A DNA stretch of 64,000 nt from Gammaproteobacteria bacterium. Lineage in GTDB: Bacteria > Pseudomonadota > Gammaproteobacteria > Eutrophobiales > Eutrophobiaceae. Below the pieces are notes generated by a model, which saw nothing but the letters and a program-made list of their open reading frames with translations, made no database searches and was not told the origin of the DNA. Shown here piece after piece: positions 9,373 to 22,917 of this stretch (position 1 is the first letter of the stretch; the number at the start of each line of letters is the position of its first letter). The stretch is from the NCBI GenBank assembly GCA_965243205.1, contig CBDEUK010000002.1, forward strand, positions 736,001 to 800,000, written 5' to 3'. The position numbers and the translations under genes are program-made.

Positions 9373-10890
9373 TTATTTCAACTTTCCTATACTTACTTGG
9401 TCAATTAAATTATCAACACTAGCTGATAATAATTCTAATAATGGTGCAGGCCATAAACCAAATAATAAAACAAAAAAAGTTAATGTGATTAAAATACATT
9501 TCTCTCTATTATTAATATCTTTTAAATATTCGACTTCAGCATTTTCGATCTTGCCAAACATGACTCTTTTATACATCCATAAAGTATAAGCAGCACCCAA
9601 AATCAATGTAATCGCTGCAAAGAAGGCAATCCAAAAATTCATTTGAAAACTACTGATGATGACTAAAAACTCACCAACAAAACCGGATGTGCCTGGCAGC
9701 CCAGCATTAGCCATCGCAAAAAACAACATAAATGCTGCGAACGTAGGCATACTATTAATTACACCACCATAATCACTAATGTTTCTGGTATGCATACGAT
9801 CATATAAAACACCGATACATAAAAATAATGCCGCAGATATAAATCCATGTGAAATCATTTGAATAATTGCACCTTGAACGGCCAACATACTTGCTTGTTG
9901 AGAATATTGTTGAGATAGCAGACCAAAAACGATGAAAATACCTAATGTGACAAAGCCCATATGAGATATAGAAGAATACGCTATTAGCTTTTTCATATCT
10001 TTTTGCACCAATGCAACAAAACCAATATACACAATGGCGATTAAAGATAATGCTATCATTATATTTGCGTAATACTCACTACCATCTGGAGTGATAGGTA
10101 AATTAAAACGCAAGAATCCATAGCCACCTAACTTCAACATAACAGCGGCTAAAACCACTGAACCAGCTGTAGGAGCCTCTACATGCGCATCAGGCAACCA
10201 TGTATGCACAGGCCACATAGGAATTTTAACTGCAAATGCTAAAAAGAAAGCAATAAAGATCCATTGCTGCTCGAGCAATGTCAAAGGTAAAGCATGATAA
10301 TCTAAAATACTGAATGAATTGCTTTGTGAGTATAAATATAACAAAGCTATCAACATAAAAACTGAGCCAAAGAACGTATATAAAAAGAATTTAATCGTAG
10401 CGTATATTCTGTTTGCTCCACCCCATACCCCAATAATTAAAAACATTGGAATTAACAAGGCTTCCCAGAAAACATAAAACAAGGCAGCATCGAGTGCCGC
10501 AAACACTCCATTCATACAACCAGCCAACATTAAAAATGCTGCCATAAATTGTGCAGCATTTTTTTCTACTACTTCCCATGCAGACCATAAAGCTAAAACG
10601 GTTATAAAGTTATTCAATAACAGCATTGATAAAGATATACCATCAACACCTAAATAATAATAAACATTAAAAGCTTCAATCCATGATATTTTTTCCACAA
10701 ACTGCATTTCAAATGTTTTTGAAGAAAAATTTATTGCCAAATAGATTGAGACTAGAAACGTTAATAAACTAATTATGAAAGATAAGCTTTTTGCTGTTGC
10801 TTGTTGTTTTTGCGCGATAAACAATACCCAAAAGCTACCCAGGATAGGAATCCAGATTGTTAGGCTTAATAATGGCAGTTCAAATAACAT
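9373..10890 (-). CDS. nuoM: NADH-quinone oxidoreductase subunit M
   Basis: VKIPMWPVHTWLPDAHVEAP, KKLIAYSSISHMG; likely start ATG 10890 (MLFELP). Confidence 0.97.
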   Translation of the reverse strand: MLFELPLLSLTIWIPILGSFWVLFIAQKQQATAKSLSFIISLLTFLVSIYLAINFSSKTFEMQFVEKISWIEAFNVYYYLGVDGISLSMLLLNNFITVLALWSAWEVVEKNAAQFMAAFLMLAGCMNGVFAALDAALFYVFWEALLIPMFLIIGVWGGANRIYATIKFFLYTFFGSVFMLIALLYLYSQSNSFSILDYHALPLTLLEQQWIFIAFFLAFAVKIPMWPVHTWLPDAHVEAPTAGSVVLAAVMLKLGGYGFLRFNLPITPDGSEYYANIMIALSLIAIVYIGFVALVQKDMKKLIAYSSISHMGFVTLGIFIVFGLLSQQYSQQASMLAVQGAIIQMISHGFISAALFLCIGVLYDRMHTRNISDYGGVINSMPTFAAFMLFFAMANAGLPGTSGFVGEFLVIISSFQMNFWIAFFAAITLILGAAYTLWMYKRVMFGKIENAEVEYLKDINNREKCILITLTFFVLLFGLWPAPLLELLSASVDNLIDQVSIGKLK

Positions 10891-10897
10891 AAGACTA

Positions 10898-12883
10898 TTA
10901 AAATAAAACCTGATGAACAAATACAGCAATGAATATTAACAGCGCTAAGATCATGAAAAACACATAATCAAAGAGTAAACCTGTTTGAATTTTACGGATC
11001 CAGGTTGATGCTTTACCAATACCATTTGCAGAACCATTCACCAACAAACCGTCTATGAACGTTTTATCAGACCAAGTCCATAATAAATGACCAAGACCTC
11101 TGGAACCTTTTGCAAACAAAAATTGATAAAGATCATCAAAACCATATTTATTAATTAAGATATTTTGCAGCCAAGACAGTTTTTCAGATAAACGTTGTGG
11201 AAAATTTGGATTAACACAATAACAATACCAAGAAATAACGACACCTAATAACACTAATATCAAAACTAATGGTGCTTCTGTAATGCTATGCAGGATCATT
11301 GAAAATGGTCCATGAAAATGTGCAGTAAATTCAGCAAGTGCTGTATGTTGAGGTGAGACATGAATCATTGAAGCAAAGAAATCCGACACTAAAAAGGTCT
11401 CAATCGTAAAGTAACCTAAAACAAGTGAAGGAATTGCTAAAATAACTAACGGAATGTAAACGACCGCTGGTGACTCATGTAAATGCTCCCAAGATTTTCT
11501 ATCCATTCTTTCTTTACCGTGAAATACCATAAAGAACAATCGGAAACTGTATAAAGATGTTATAAAAACTCCGATTAATAATGAGTAGTATGCAAACTCA
11601 GCTGCGGGTAGATGTGAATGATGAACTGCCTCGATAATACTATCTTTCGAATAAAAACCCGATGTTCCAGGAAAACCAACTAACGCTAATGTACCGATAA
11701 GACTAGTCAACCAGGTAATCGGCATGTATCGGTATAAGCCGCCCATCTTTTTCATATCTTGAATATGGTGCATACCGATAATTACTGAACCTGCCGCTAA
11801 AAATAATAAAGCCTTAAAAAAAGCATGAGTTATTAAGTGAAACATTGCCGCAGCATAAGCCGAAGCACCAAGAGCAACGGTCATGTAGCCAAGTTGAGAT
11901 AATGTAGAATACGCTACCACTCTCTTTATATCGTTTTGAACAATCCCTAATAAACCCATAAATAACGCAGTGACCGAACCGATTATCAAAATAAAATTCA
12001 ATGCAACTTCAGATAATTCAAACAACGGAGACATCCTACAGACCATAAAGATACCTGCAGTTACCATCGTTGCCGCATGGATTAAGGCTGAAATCGGTGT
12101 AGGCCCTTCCATTGAATCTGGTAACCAAACATGCAGCGGAACTTGTGCCGATTTACCCATTGCGCCAATAAATAAACAAATACAAATAACCGTGATGACC
12201 GACCAAGTTTCAGCACCCCAAATTTGTATCGTTGCATGTTCTAAAAAAGGCGCCTGAGTAAATACAGATTCATAATCTAAGGTATTAAAATAAAAATATA
12301 TGGCAGCTATGCCTAATAGGAATCCAAAATCACCAACTCGATTAACCAAAAATGCTTTTAGATTTGCAAAGATTGCAGATTCTTTTTGATACCAAAAACC
12401 AATCAATAAATACGATACAACACCAACGGCTTCCCAACCGAAAAATAGTTGCACGAAATTATTCGACATTACCAACATCAACATGGCAAATGTGAATAAA
12501 GAAATATAAGCAAAAAATCGCTTGTATCCAGGATCATCATGCATGTAACCAATGGTATAAATATGCACCATTAAAGATACAAAACTCACCACCATCATCA
12601 TGCATAAAGTAAGATTATCGATAAGAAAACCAATTTGGAATGTTACGGTTTCTAATTCAATCCAATGATAAAGCGTTAAATTAATAGATTCTTGCTCAGC
12701 TGATGAAAAAATAGAAAACAACCAGAAAGATAAGCCTGAAGAAATTGCCACGCCAATTATCGTTATCCAATGCGCAGCGATTCGATGGACAAACCCGCCG
12801 CCTAAACCGACTATAATCGCTGCAACTAAAGGAGAAAAAGCGATTATCATACTTAGTGATTTTATGTCGTAAAGAAAACTCAT
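10898..12883 (-). CDS. nuoL: NADH-quinone oxidoreductase subunit L
   Basis: [41 protein letters not shown]. Confidence 0.98.
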   Translation of the reverse strand: MSFLYDIKSLSMIIAFSPLVAAIIVGLGGGFVHRIAAHWITIIGVAISSGLSFWLFSIFSSAEQESINLTLYHWIELETVTFQIGFLIDNLTLCMMMVVSFVSLMVHIYTIGYMHDDPGYKRFFAYISLFTFAMLMLVMSNNFVQLFFGWEAVGVVSYLLIGFWYQKESAIFANLKAFLVNRVGDFGFLLGIAAIYFYFNTLDYESVFTQAPFLEHATIQIWGAETWSVITVICICLFIGAMGKSAQVPLHVWLPDSMEGPTPISALIHAATMVTAGIFMVCRMSPLFELSEVALNFILIIGSVTALFMGLLGIVQNDIKRVVAYSTLSQLGYMTVALGASAYAAAMFHLITHAFFKALLFLAAGSVIIGMHHIQDMKKMGGLYRYMPITWLTSLIGTLALVGFPGTSGFYSKDSIIEAVHHSHLPAAEFAYYSLLIGVFITSLYSFRLFFMVFHGKERMDRKSWEHLHESPAVVYIPLVILAIPSLVLGYFTIETFLVSDFFASMIHVSPQHTALAEFTAHFHGPFSMILHSITEAPLVLILVLLGVVISWYCYCVNPNFPQRLSEKLSWLQNILINKYGFDDLYQFLFAKGSRGLGHLLWTWSDKTFIDGLLVNGSANGIGKASTWIRKIQTGLLFDYVFFMILALLIFIAVFVHQVLF

Positions 12884-13185
12884 CCGTTTAATTTATCCAT
12901 GTCTTTTACATTGATAGAGTTAATGTTTCTAAATAAAACTACCAAAATAGCTAAGCCAATCGCTGATTCAGCTGCTGCCACCGTCAATATGAAAAAAACA
13001 AATATTTGCCCAGTGATATCGCCATAGAACCAAGAGAAGGCAACGAAATTCATATTTACAGAAAGCAACATCAACTCAATGCACATTAATAAAATAATCA
13101 AATTTTTTCGATTGATAAATATGCCAGCAATACTAATGCAAAATAAAATCGCTGAAAGTATTAATATGTCTGTTAATACAATCAT
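12880..13185 (-). CDS. nuoK: NADH-quinone oxidoreductase subunit K
   Basis: [20 protein letters not shown]. Confidence 0.97.
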   Translation of the reverse strand: MIVLTDILILSAILFCISIAGIFINRKNLIILLMCIELMLLSVNMNFVAFSWFYGDITGQIFVFFILTVAAAESAIGLAILVVLFRNINSINVKDMDKLNG

Positions 13186-13784
13186 TATGATTCCTTATTC
13201 TCGGTAGGAATATTGACTAGACGAACGCGTTGAGAACGATCCGTTGCAACTTGAGCATCTATAACCTGTTGGTGTCTCGACTTTTTACCACGGAACGTTA
13301 ACGTGATAGCCGCAATCATTGCGACTAATAAAATGGCGCCCGCGATCTCGAATGGATAAAGATAATGCGTAAATAACTCTAAACCTAATTCTTCCGCATT
13401 GCTTAATTCTAAACTGGTTTGAACATTGATTTTTACTGTATCAAAGTATTGTGAGTTCAAGGCTAAACCCATAGCAACAACCATTAATAATGAAACGATA
13501 ATGCCGACGGGTAAATATCGAATAAAGCCTGCTCTGAGTTCAGAATAATTAATGTCCAACATCATCACGACAAATAAGAACAACACCATGACTGCGCCGA
13601 CATAAACTAATATTAAAACAATGGCTAAGAATTCTGCCTGTAATAACAACCAAATTCCTGATGAGAAAAAAAACGCTAACACTAAAAATAAAGCTGAATA
13701 CACAGGATTACGAGCAGTAATCACCATTACTGCAGACAGTATTAATAAACTTGCAAAGATATAAAAAAGTATCTGTTCAATCAT
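13185..13784 (-). CDS. nuoJ: NADH-quinone oxidoreductase subunit J
   Basis: [22 protein letters not shown]. Confidence 0.97.
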   Translation of the reverse strand: MIEQILFYIFASLLILSAVMVITARNPVYSALFLVLAFFFSSGIWLLLQAEFLAIVLILVYVGAVMVLFLFVVMMLDINYSELRAGFIRYLPVGIIVSLLMVVAMGLALNSQYFDTVKINVQTSLELSNAEELGLELFTHYLYPFEIAGAILLVAMIAAITLTFRGKKSRHQQVIDAQVATDRSQRVRLVNIPTENKES

Positions 13785-13786
13785 AT

Positions 13787-14275
13787 TTAACGATACATCG
13801 CCTCTTTTGCTCTATCTTCTGCAATTGATTGTTCAGCCAGGTCACCAATTTCTAACAAGCGTTGTTTTGTCATTAATAAATCACCTCGTTGTTCACCGTG
13901 ATATTCAAAAATACGTGTTTCAACAATAGAGTCTACGGGACAAGATTCTTCACAAAAGCCACAAAAAATACATTTGGTTAAATCGATATCATAGCGTTTG
14001 GTACGTCGAGTACCATCATCACGTTGTTCAGATTCAATGGTAATAGCAACTGCCGGACAAACTGCTTCGCATAATTTACAAGCAATACACCGTTCCTCTC
14101 CATTCGGATATCTTCTTAATGCATGTAAACCACGAAAACGTGAAGATTGAGGTGTTTTTTCTTCGGGATATTGCACTGTCACTTTTGGTTTAAACAAATG
14201 CTCTCCTGTTAACTTCAAACCTTTTAGCAGTTCCCATAAAAATAAACTTTTAATGTAGTTTTTTATTGCGTTCAT
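13787..14275 (-). CDS. nuoI: NADH-quinone oxidoreductase subunit I
   Basis: Two CxxCxxCxxxCP ferredoxin motifs ([24 protein letters not shown]). Confidence 0.98.
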   Translation of the reverse strand: MNAIKNYIKSLFLWELLKGLKLTGEHLFKPKVTVQYPEEKTPQSSRFRGLHALRRYPNGEERCIACKLCEAVCPAVAITIESEQRDDGTRRTKRYDIDLTKCIFCGFCEESCPVDSIVETRIFEYHGEQRGDLLMTKQRLLEIGDLAEQSIAEDRAKEAMYR

Positions 14276-15345
14276 AGATCAAACCACGGTGGAATTTGAA
14301 ATAAGACAAGTAATGCAACAACCACTAACCAAACGATGGTAATCGGAATAAATATTTTCCATCCTAAACGCATAATTTGATCATATCGATAACGAGGGAA
14401 TGTTGCGCGAAACCATAAAAAACAAAATAACATTAATGTTGTTTTTACTAACAACCAAATAATACTGGGCTCACTTAACCAGGGAATGATTGAAGGGAAA
14501 GGCGATAACCATCCACCCAAAAACATTAACGCCGTTAAAGCTGATATTAAAATCATGTTGGCATATTCCGCCATAAAGAAAACGGAAAAGGCCATGCCAC
14601 TGTATTCAACATGAAATCCTGCAACAATTTCCGATTCACCTTCAGCCACATCGAACGGTGCACGGTTGGTTTCTGCTACGCCAGAAATAAAATAGATAAT
14701 AAACATTGGAAACAATGGCAACCAAAACCAATGAACCAACCAACCCGATTGAGCCCTTACAATATCGCCAAGATTTAAACTACCGGAAGCGATAAGAACA
14801 CCGACTAAAGCAAAACCCATTGCCAATTCATAAGCTACGATCTGAGCTGCTGATCGTAGCGCACCTAGAAAAGCGTATTTAGAATTTGAAGCCCAACCAG
14901 CAATGATAACGCCATACACTGATAATGATGTTAACGCTAATATATAAAGTAACCCTGCGTTGATATCAGCTAGAACCATATAATCATTAAATGGTATAGC
15001 TGCCCAAGCTGCTAAAGAAGGTGCTAAGGATAAAATCGGTGCAATAATGAATAAGAATTTATTCGAGCCACGAGGCACAATAATTTCTTTGAACATCAAC
15101 TTAATTGCATCGGCGATCGGTTGTAACCAACCTCTTGGCCCTACACGGTTAGGACCAACACGCGATTGTATATAGCCAATGACTTTACGCTCAGCAAACG
15201 TTAAATAAGCAACACAAAGTAATAATGGCGCAATTAATAAAACTATTTTAATACTGGTTTCAATGGTGAATATTGCATTCGCGTGCAATGACTCTGGAAA
15301 GGCCCAGCTGACTGGAATAGCGATAAGAGATCGTAAATATTCCAT
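14272..15345 (-). CDS. nuoH: NADH-quinone oxidoreductase subunit H
   Basis: [39 protein letters not shown]. Confidence 0.98.
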   Translation of the reverse strand: MEYLRSLIAIPVSWAFPESLHANAIFTIETSIKIVLLIAPLLLCVAYLTFAERKVIGYIQSRVGPNRVGPRGWLQPIADAIKLMFKEIIVPRGSNKFLFIIAPILSLAPSLAAWAAIPFNDYMVLADINAGLLYILALTSLSVYGVIIAGWASNSKYAFLGALRSAAQIVAYELAMGFALVGVLIASGSLNLGDIVRAQSGWLVHWFWLPLFPMFIIYFISGVAETNRAPFDVAEGESEIVAGFHVEYSGMAFSVFFMAEYANMILISALTALMFLGGWLSPFPSIIPWLSEPSIIWLLVKTTLMLFCFLWFRATFPRYRYDQIMRLGWKIFIPITIVWLVVVALLVLFQIPPWFDL

Positions 15346-17474
15346 TAAGTGCCAGCCTCGCGTTGTTGTAGTGAAGCAGCATGGCGTAATAATGAATCAA
15401 TAGAATAAACTTTTCTTTGATAGTTAGGTGATGAGTTTTCCGTATTGACATTTCTTATATCAAATTCATTCATCTGATTGGAATGATTTTCGATCGAGCC
15501 TAATGTTTTAGCAATCGAATTATGCAATTCATCAAAACTATTGAATTGAATAGAATCTATATTTAAACGAGAAGCCAACTCACGTAATATTTTCCAACCT
15601 TGTTTGATTTCTGCTTGTGGTTTTACTAATTGTTTAAAAGCTTGCAAACGACCTTCAATATTAATAAAACTACCATCTGTTTCAGCAAACAATGCTAATG
15701 GCAACAACACATTCGTTGAACCTTTTAAACTTTCAGAATCATATCCTGTTATAGCAACTGAAAACTCAGCATCATTCAAAGCTTGAGTAAGGTTTTTAAT
15801 ATCTTGTTCTGGCTCTACATTAAATAAGACATATGATTTCAAACCTTCTTGAATCATATTTTGTGTATTGAGACCATTTTTAGAAACCGCACCTGCTAAC
15901 CAAGCACCAGAAGCATTTGCACCTTGGGTTAAAAAGCCTAATTTTGCATTTGAAGCGTTTGCTATTGATGAAGCAAGTGTTGTAACAATTGAAAACTGTG
16001 AATGACTAAATGCATTACTTCCTATTAAGACAAGAACTTTTTTGGAATTGACTAAGGTTTCTGCAATAGTCTTATGTTGTTCAGATAAAGTTATATTACT
16101 TAGATATTCATTAAGACCAAATAAATCTTTATTGTCGGTTTTATCATTTACAATATGTGATATAGCAGATAAATGTTCAACTAACTTATCATCTCCTGTA
16201 ATCAGTTGTTCAAATAATGAATAATTTGCATCCATGTCAATTGAACCTAAGCTCATCACCTTAGCACCTTTCAAAGCTGCTTTGCGAATACGATGATTTA
16301 ACATGGGCTGTTGATATCGAATATCACTATTGATTAATAAAACTGCATCCATGTTTTCTAAATCGCTTATAGAACAACCTAGCGATGGAAATGCGGGCAT
16401 AACCGAATCGTTCGAAAAATCTTGTTGCTGTAAACGATGTTCGATATTGTTACTACCAAAACCACGCAATAAACTCTGAAATAAAAACATTTCTTCGGTT
16501 GTAGCAGACGGTGATATCAAACCACTAATAGTTTCGGCTCCATGCATTCGTTTTACTTTTTCTAAACCTTTAACACAAAAATTTAAAGCTTCATCCCAAG
16601 TAACGGTCTTCCATTCATTGTTTTGTTTTATTTTTGGTTGTAATAATCGTTCTTCAGCGTATAAGCCTTCATAACTAAAGCGATCTCGATCAGAGATCCA
16701 AACTTCATTGACCGCTTCATTCTCAGCAGGCACAACACGTTTGATAGTATTACCTTTGGTATGAATTTCTAGATTTGATCCCACACAGTCATGAGGTGCG
16801 ATGCCTTTACCTTGTTTCATTTCCCAAGAACGTGCAGAAAAACGAAATGGCTTAGACGTCAACGCTCCGACTGGGCAGACATCGATCACATTACCCGACA
16901 ATTCGGAGACCATGCTTTTTTCTATGTAAGTGCCAATCTCCATATGTTCACCGCGACCCGTGGCACCTAATTCTCTTAAACCCGCTATCTCTTCACCAAA
17001 CCTCACGCAACGCGTGCAATGTATGCAACGAGTCATTTCGGTTTTAACTAGTGGACCGATATCTTTATCTTTTACAACACGCTTACTTTCTTGATAACGA
17101 GATACATCACTACCATACCCCATCGCTATATCTTGTAATTCACACTCACCACCTTGATCACAAATCGGGCAATCCAAAGGATGATTGATCAATAAAAATT
17201 CCATCACCGATTGTTGCGAATCCATTGCAAGACCAGATTGGGTTTTAACTACCATGCCATCGTTAACTGGTGTGGCACAAGCCGGTAAAGGTTTTGGCGC
17301 TTTTTCTACTTCGACCAAACACATGCGACAGTTTGCAGCGACCGATAATTTAGGGTGATAACAAAAACGTGGAATATAAATATCATTAGCATCGGTTACC
17401 TCAATCAACATCTGGCCTCTTTTGGCCTCTAAGGTCTTACCGTCTACTTCAATGCTAATGGTATCGTCTGACAT
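15345..17474 (-). CDS. nuoG: NADH-quinone oxidoreductase subunit G
   Basis: [39 protein letters not shown]. Confidence 0.98.
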   Translation of the reverse strand: MSDDTISIEVDGKTLEAKRGQMLIEVTDANDIYIPRFCYHPKLSVAANCRMCLVEVEKAPKPLPACATPVNDGMVVKTQSGLAMDSQQSVMEFLLINHPLDCPICDQGGECELQDIAMGYGSDVSRYQESKRVVKDKDIGPLVKTEMTRCIHCTRCVRFGEEIAGLRELGATGRGEHMEIGTYIEKSMVSELSGNVIDVCPVGALTSKPFRFSARSWEMKQGKGIAPHDCVGSNLEIHTKGNTIKRVVPAENEAVNEVWISDRDRFSYEGLYAEERLLQPKIKQNNEWKTVTWDEALNFCVKGLEKVKRMHGAETISGLISPSATTEEMFLFQSLLRGFGSNNIEHRLQQQDFSNDSVMPAFPSLGCSISDLENMDAVLLINSDIRYQQPMLNHRIRKAALKGAKVMSLGSIDMDANYSLFEQLITGDDKLVEHLSAISHIVNDKTDNKDLFGLNEYLSNITLSEQHKTIAETLVNSKKVLVLIGSNAFSHSQFSIVTTLASSIANASNAKLGFLTQGANASGAWLAGAVSKNGLNTQNMIQEGLKSYVLFNVEPEQDIKNLTQALNDAEFSVAITGYDSESLKGSTNVLLPLALFAETDGSFINIEGRLQAFKQLVKPQAEIKQGWKILRELASRLNIDSIQFNSFDELHNSIAKTLGSIENHSNQMNEFDIRNVNTENSSPNYQRKVYSIDSLLRHAASLQQREAGT

Positions 17475-17475
17475 A

Positions 17476-18771
17476 TTAAGCAGCCCTTTCCCCTACACCA
17501 TTCACCATGCAGCGTTTATGTATTATGTGATATTCAAATTCGTCATAAAATTGTTTTACAAAACTTCGAACTGGCCAAGCTGCTGCATCGCCTAAAGCAC
17601 AAATAGTACGACCTTCGATCTTACTGGCAACGTCATCTAACTTAGCTAAGTCTTCTGGTAAACCTTGTCCATGTTCAATTCGACTCACCACACGATACAA
17701 CCAGCCCGTACCTTCTCGACAAGGCGTGCATTGACCACAAGATTCTGAATAATAAAAACGTGAAATGCGTTCTAATGCTTTAACCATGCAGGTTGTTTCA
17801 TCCATAACGATGACTGCGCCTGAACCTAATAATGAACCCGCTTCTTTTATAGAATCGTAATCCATGTTCACATCCATCATAACGTCGCCTTTTACAACAG
17901 GCACAGATGAACCACCTGGGATGACAGCTTTTATTTGATGGCCATCACGAATACCACCCGCCATTTCTAATAAAGTTTTAAATGGTGTACCCAAAGGCAC
18001 TTCAAAATTACCTGGATTATTCACATGGCCACTGACTGAAAAACATTTTGTGCCACCACTATTAGGCACACCTTTTTCTAAAAACCATTTAGGCCCACGT
18101 AATACAATAAAAGGAACTGATGCAAATGATTCTGTGTTATTCACAGTGGTAGGTTTGCCATATAACCCATAGTTAGCAGGGAATGGTGGTTTAAAACGTG
18201 GCTGACCTTTTTTACCTTCTAAGGATTCTAATAAAGCGGTTTCTTCACCACAGATATAAGCACCTGCACCTAATGAGGTATAAATATCTACCGAGATATC
18301 ACTGCCTAAAATATTTTTTCCTAACAAACCTTCTTGATAGGCATAACGTAAAGCTTGTTCGAATCGATTAAACGGTTCATCCATAAACTCACCACGTATA
18401 TAGTTATAGCCAGCTTCAGCACCCATGGCATAACAAGCAATCGCAATTCCTTCAACAACCGCGTGTGGATTAAACCGTAAAATATCTCTGTCTTTACACG
18501 TACCTGGTTCACTTTCATCTGAGTTACATACAACGTATTTCGGGCCTGGAGAATTCATCATGAAACTCCATTTCACGCCTGTCGGAAACCCTGCTCCACC
18601 ACGACCACGCAAACCCGATTCTTTTATGTCTTCTATAATTTTTTCGCGCGGAATCTTTTCTCTAATGATCCGTTTCCATGCTTCATAACCGCACACTTGC
18701 ATGTAACTATCAATGCTCCAAGGCTCTGGGTATTGTAAGGTCGCGTAACAAACTTGATTTAACTCTTCCAC
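17476..18771 (-). CDS. nuoF: NADH-quinone oxidoreductase subunit F
   Basis: [38 protein letters not shown]. Confidence 0.98.
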   Translation of the reverse strand: MEELNQVCYATLQYPEPWSIDSYMQVCGYEAWKRIIREKIPREKIIEDIKESGLRGRGGAGFPTGVKWSFMMNSPGPKYVVCNSDESEPGTCKDRDILRFNPHAVVEGIAIACYAMGAEAGYNYIRGEFMDEPFNRFEQALRYAYQEGLLGKNILGSDISVDIYTSLGAGAYICGEETALLESLEGKKGQPRFKPPFPANYGLYGKPTTVNNTESFASVPFIVLRGPKWFLEKGVPNSGGTKCFSVSGHVNNPGNFEVPLGTPFKTLLEMAGGIRDGHQIKAVIPGGSSVPVVKGDVMMDVNMDYDSIKEAGSLLGSGAVIVMDETTCMVKALERISRFYYSESCGQCTPCREGTGWLYRVVSRIEHGQGLPEDLAKLDDVASKIEGRTICALGDAAAWPVRSFVKQFYDEFEYHIIHKRCMVNGVGERAA

Positions 18772-19259
18772 TAATCCAAGTCCTCGATAATCTTAATTGC
18801 AGACTCTGGTGTAAGCTTTTCATAATACTTATGATCCACCATCATCATTGGCGCTCCACAACAAGCTGCTAAGCATTCTTCTTCAACTTTTAAATAACAA
18901 CGATTGTCTTTAGATGTTTCACCATGTTTAATGCCTAAATGATTTTCCAAGGCTTCAACGATTCGATCGGAACCATTTAACATACAAGAAATATTGGTAC
19001 ATACAGAAATACTGTGACGACCAACTGGTTTGGTTTCAAACATGGAATAAAACGAAGCCACTTCATACACAGCCACACTTGGCATGTCTAAATACTCAGC
19101 AACGGCATCCATTAACTCTGTGGTTAAATAACCATTATTTTCATGCTGTACTTCTCGCAAGGCTGCTAACACAGCCGACTGCTTACGCTCCACTGGATAC
19201 TTTGCGATCCAATGGTCGATCTCTTTTTTAGCGTGTTCACTGAGTACGTGTTTAGTCAT
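18771..19259 (-). CDS. nuoE: NADH-quinone oxidoreductase subunit E
   Basis: [20 protein letters not shown] 2Fe-2S ligands. Confidence 0.97.
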   Translation of the reverse strand: MTKHVLSEHAKKEIDHWIAKYPVERKQSAVLAALREVQHENNGYLTTELMDAVAEYLDMPSVAVYEVASFYSMFETKPVGRHSISVCTNISCMLNGSDRIVEALENHLGIKHGETSKDNRCYLKVEEECLAACCGAPMMMVDHKYYEKLTPESAIKIIEDLD

Positions 19260-19269
19260 AATGATTTAA

Positions 19270-20523
19270 TTACCTATCAATTTCTCCAAACACAATATCC
19301 TGCGTACCAATCACTGCCACAACATCAGCCAACATATGCCCTTTCACCATCTCATCCATAGCAGATAAATGCGCAAACCCTGCTGCACGAATTTTCACAC
19401 GATACGGTTTATTCGCACCGTCTGAAATTAAATAAATACCAAACTCACCTTTCGGATGTTCCACTGCGCTATACACTTCGCCTTCAGGTATACAATACCC
19501 TTCAGTGAATAATTTAAAATGATGGATCAAGGCTTCCATATCACCTTTCATTTCTTCACGTTTAGGTGGTGCTAACTTATGATCATCTAACATGACAGGA
19601 CCAGGATTCTTACGTAACCAATCAATACATTGTTTAATAATTCGATTTGATTGGCGCATCTCTTCTATACGTACTAAATAACGATCGTAACAATCGCCGT
19701 TCATACCAACGGGGATATCAAAGTCTAATTTGTCATAGACTTCATATGGCTGTTTCTTGCGCAGATCCCATTCTATGTTTGAACCGCGTAACATAGGCCC
19801 TGTAAAACCTAAGGCCTTAGCGCGCTCTGGTGTGACTACTCCAATACCAACCGTACGTTGCTTCCAAATTCGATTATCCGTTAATAACGTTTCGTATTGA
19901 TCGACACATGCTGGAAAACGCTTAGTAAAATCTTCTAAGAAATCTAAGAAACTGCCTTGGCGATTTTCATTAAGCTTTTCTACTTTTTCACCATTATGCC
20001 AAGGTGAAGGTTTGTATTGCGGCATAAAATCAGGAAGGTCTCGGTTAACACCACCTGGACGGTAATACGTTGCATGCATGCGCGTACCTGAAACCGCTTC
20101 ATAACAATCCATTAAATCTTCGCGCTCACGGAAGCAATATAAAAAGACTGTCATCGCACCAATGTCTAAACCATGTGCGCCTAACCACATTAAATGATTT
20201 AAGATACGCGTAACCTCATCAAACATCACTCTTATATACTGAGCACGTAGTGGTGGTGTAATACCTAAGAGTTTTTCGATCGCCATGACATAAGCATGTT
20301 CATTACACATCATTGAGACGTAATCGAGTCGGTCCATATAACCAATGCTTTGATTATACGGTTTTGATTCGGCTAACTTTTCCGTACCACGATGTAATAA
20401 ACCAATATGCGGATCAGCGCGTTCAATGACTTCACCATCCATTTCTAAAATTAAACGCAACACACCATGAGCCGCAGGATGTTGCGGCCCAAAGTTCATA
20501 GTCATATTGCGTATTTCAGGCAT
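19270..20523 (-). CDS. nuoD: NADH-quinone oxidoreductase subunit D
   Basis: [31 protein letters not shown]. Confidence 0.98.
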   Translation of the reverse strand: MPEIRNMTMNFGPQHPAAHGVLRLILEMDGEVIERADPHIGLLHRGTEKLAESKPYNQSIGYMDRLDYVSMMCNEHAYVMAIEKLLGITPPLRAQYIRVMFDEVTRILNHLMWLGAHGLDIGAMTVFLYCFREREDLMDCYEAVSGTRMHATYYRPGGVNRDLPDFMPQYKPSPWHNGEKVEKLNENRQGSFLDFLEDFTKRFPACVDQYETLLTDNRIWKQRTVGIGVVTPERAKALGFTGPMLRGSNIEWDLRKKQPYEVYDKLDFDIPVGMNGDCYDRYLVRIEEMRQSNRIIKQCIDWLRKNPGPVMLDDHKLAPPKREEMKGDMEALIHHFKLFTEGYCIPEGEVYSAVEHPKGEFGIYLISDGANKPYRVKIRAAGFAHLSAMDEMVKGHMLADVVAVIGTQDIVFGEIDR

Positions 20524-20525
20524 GC

Positions 20526-21194
20526 TTATTCTTCAACTTTCTCATAACGGTTATCGTGACGAATCACGCGTGGTACTAACACACGGTTTTCAATGGTCAC
20601 AGGTTGATATACAACCCGTTCTTTTTCTGGGTCATAACGTACTTCAACATTACCTTCTAAAGGAAAATCTTTGCGAAACGGATGACCAATAAAACCGTAA
20701 TCCGTTAATAGTCTTCTTAAATCTGGATGGCCATCAAATAGAATTCCGAACAAATCAAACGCTTCACGCTCATACCAATTGGCTACAGGCCAAATAGAAA
20801 CGACGGATGGAATAGTTAATGACTCAGAATTGATTAAGCACTTAAGTCGTAAACGATGATTATGTGTAATTGATAATAAATGGTACACAACCACATAACG
20901 TGCGCCATGAAAATTAGATTCTACTTCAGAATCTTCTTTATTAACTGCACGAGAAAAACCCGTTTTAGTGGTTGATTGAGTTTCCCAATCGGCTTGACCA
21001 TACGTACTGTAATCAACTGCACTTAAATCTGATAACTGTTCAAACGCTAATTCAGATTCATCGCGTAATAATTTACATGTTTCTAACAATGCATCAGATT
21101 GAATAACAACTGTAATTTGTTCCGTTCGATCGCAATAAACAATCTCTTCATCCGCGAGATGTCGCTCAATTTTATTAAGTAAAGATTGAGTCAT
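20526..21194 (-). CDS. nuoC: NADH-quinone oxidoreductase subunit C
   Basis: [29 protein letters not shown]; not fused to NuoD. Confidence 0.97.
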   Translation of the reverse strand: MTQSLLNKIERHLADEEIVYCDRTEQITVVIQSDALLETCKLLRDESELAFEQLSDLSAVDYSTYGQADWETQSTTKTGFSRAVNKEDSEVESNFHGARYVVVYHLLSITHNHRLRLKCLINSESLTIPSVVSIWPVANWYEREAFDLFGILFDGHPDLRRLLTDYGFIGHPFRKDFPLEGNVEVRYDPEKERVVYQPVTIENRVLVPRVIRHDNRYEKVEE

Positions 21195-21207
21195 ATAAAA
21201 TTCCTAA

Positions 21208-21693
21208 CTACGAAGCGATTGAATTAGTACGTTTTATTTTCTTCTGTAACTGCAAGATGCCAAACAACAAGGCCTCTGCTGTTGGTGGACAGCCTGGAAC
21301 ATAGATATCAACAGGAACAATACGATCACAACCACGCACAACGGAATAGGAATAGTGATAATAACCACCACCATTCGCACATGATCCCATTGAAATAACC
21401 CATTTCGGATCAGCCATTTGATCATAAACACGTCTTAAGGCAGGCGCCATTTTATTCACCAAAGTCCCTGCGACGATCATGACATCGGATTGCCTCGGAC
21501 TGGGTCTGAAAACAATTCCAAATCGATCTAAATCATAACGAGATGCACCCGCGTGCATCATTTCAACCGCGCAACAGGCAAGCCCAAAGGTCATGGGCCA
21601 CATTGAACCCGTTCTGGCCCAATTGATTAGACTATCCGCAGTTGTTGTAACTAAACCGGGCTCATGTACTTTCGCGTCTAACTCAATCGTCAC
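21208..21693 (-). CDS. nuoB: NADH-quinone oxidoreductase subunit B
   Basis: [21 protein letters not shown]. Confidence 0.98.
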   Translation of the reverse strand: MTIELDAKVHEPGLVTTTADSLINWARTGSMWPMTFGLACCAVEMMHAGASRYDLDRFGIVFRPSPRQSDVMIVAGTLVNKMAPALRRVYDQMADPKWVISMGSCANGGGYYHYSYSVVRGCDRIVPVDIYVPGCPPTAEALLFGILQLQKKIKRTNSIAS

Positions 21694-21696
21694 AAC

Positions 21697-22065
21697 TCAC
21701 TCCCACTCCAATGCGCCTTTGCGCCATTCATAAATGAAACCAATGACCAGGACAGCCAGAAATAACATCATTGCCCAAAATCCCACCATGCCCACTTCTC
21801 TGAGAACCACAGCCCAAGGAAATAGAAAGGCAATTTCTAAATCAAAAATAATGAACAGAATCGCGACGAGATAAAATCGTACGTCAAATTTCATACGTGC
21901 GTCTTCAAAGGCTTCAAAGCCACATTCGTATGGAGAATCTTTTTGGGAATGGTTAGATTTACGGCCAAATAAGCGACCAAAGGTAAGTCCTAGAACAATT
22001 AATACCGTGCCTAAGATCAGGCCAATGATCAGGAAAATCAATATCGGTACATAATTCTCTAACAT
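21697..22065 (-). CDS. nuoA: NADH-quinone oxidoreductase subunit A
   Basis: [35 protein letters not shown]. Confidence 0.98.
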   Translation of the reverse strand: MLENYVPILIFLIIGLILGTVLIVLGLTFGRLFGRKSNHSQKDSPYECGFEAFEDARMKFDVRFYLVAILFIIFDLEIAFLFPWAVVLREVGMVGFWAMMLFLAVLVIGFIYEWRKGALEWE

Positions 22066-22214
22066 CTCTCGTAGATACTTTTGTAAGAATGATTTTATGT
22101 TCTAGTTAATAAGGCGACCCACTTTCTCGCCCTTATTTCTAATTGCATTTATACCATATAACCACCATCTACGTCTTTAATAATTAGAGATTTTTTTGTT
22201 ATTGCTAACTTTGT

Positions 22215-22241
22215 CTTGAAAAGTCTTTGTTCAACCCATAT
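22215..22241 (+). promoter_or_regulatory. sigma32 (RpoH) promoter of ibpA
   Basis: CTTGAAA-N13-CCCATAT upstream of a small heat-shock gene. Confidence 0.8.
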
Positions 22242-22247
22242 CTAAAT

Positions 22248-22359
22248 ATTAACCATGGGTCTCACAGTAGAGCATGGTTATTTTAAAGGTCTGAAAACGT
22301 AATCAAGAATCGTTTTCAGTTTTATTAAATATATTGCTTCATAGGAGAATATACATATG
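22248..22359 (+). promoter_or_regulatory. ROSE-like RNA thermometer in the ibpA 5' UTR
   Basis: Hairpins AACCATG..CATGGTT and CTGAAAACG..CGTTTTCAG, then ATATTGCT-TCAT-AGGAGAATAT, where UUGCU can pair with the AGGA Shine-Dalgarno. Confidence 0.7.
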
Positions 22360-22809
22360 ACAACTCTAGACTTAACACCACTCTATCGCAGCAGCATCGG
22401 TTTCGACCGTGTCGGTTCATTACTGGATGCAGCGCTTAACACAGAACAAAGTTACGGCAGTTATCCTCCGTACAATATCGAAGTCACAGGTGAGAATGAT
22501 TATCAAATCAGCCTGGCCGTCGCGGGTTTCGATGAAACTGAATTGGATATTCAAACAGAAAAAGGCGTGCTGACAATTCACGGTAAGAAATCATCAAACA
22601 CTGATGAACGCCAATTCTTACATCAAGGCATTGCTAACCGTTCATTTAAACGTAAGTTTAATTTAGCGGATCATGTAGAAGTGACTGGTGCTTCACTGGA
22701 TAAAGGTTTACTTACTATCAAGTTAGTAAAAGAAATCCCTGAAGCGATGAAACCAAAACAAATCCCGGTGAATGGAGTAAAGCCGGCACTGCAAGAACAC
22801 GCAGCGTAA
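22357..22809 (+). CDS. ibpA: Small heat-shock protein IbpA/Hsp20
   Basis: DLTPLYRSSIGFDR, YPPYNIE, LAVAGF, LHQGIANRSF, IPEAMKP. Confidence 0.95.
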   Translation: MTTLDLTPLYRSSIGFDRVGSLLDAALNTEQSYGSYPPYNIEVTGENDYQISLAVAGFDETELDIQTEKGVLTIHGKKSSNTDERQFLHQGIANRSFKRKFNLADHVEVTGASLDKGLLTIKLVKEIPEAMKPKQIPVNGVKPALQEHAA

Positions 22810-22828
22810 TATAACTTTCTCCTCCTCT

Positions 22829-22866
22829 TACCAGTAGTGGCTATGCTGCTACTGGTATTTATTTTT
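22829..22866 (+). terminator. Intrinsic terminator after ibpA
   Basis: TACCAGTAG..CTACTGGTA stem followed by T-rich tail. Confidence 0.75.
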
Positions 22867-22917
22867 CTAGTATAACCATATAATAAAGCCATCCAATATT
22901 TATCAGATACTTTATAT

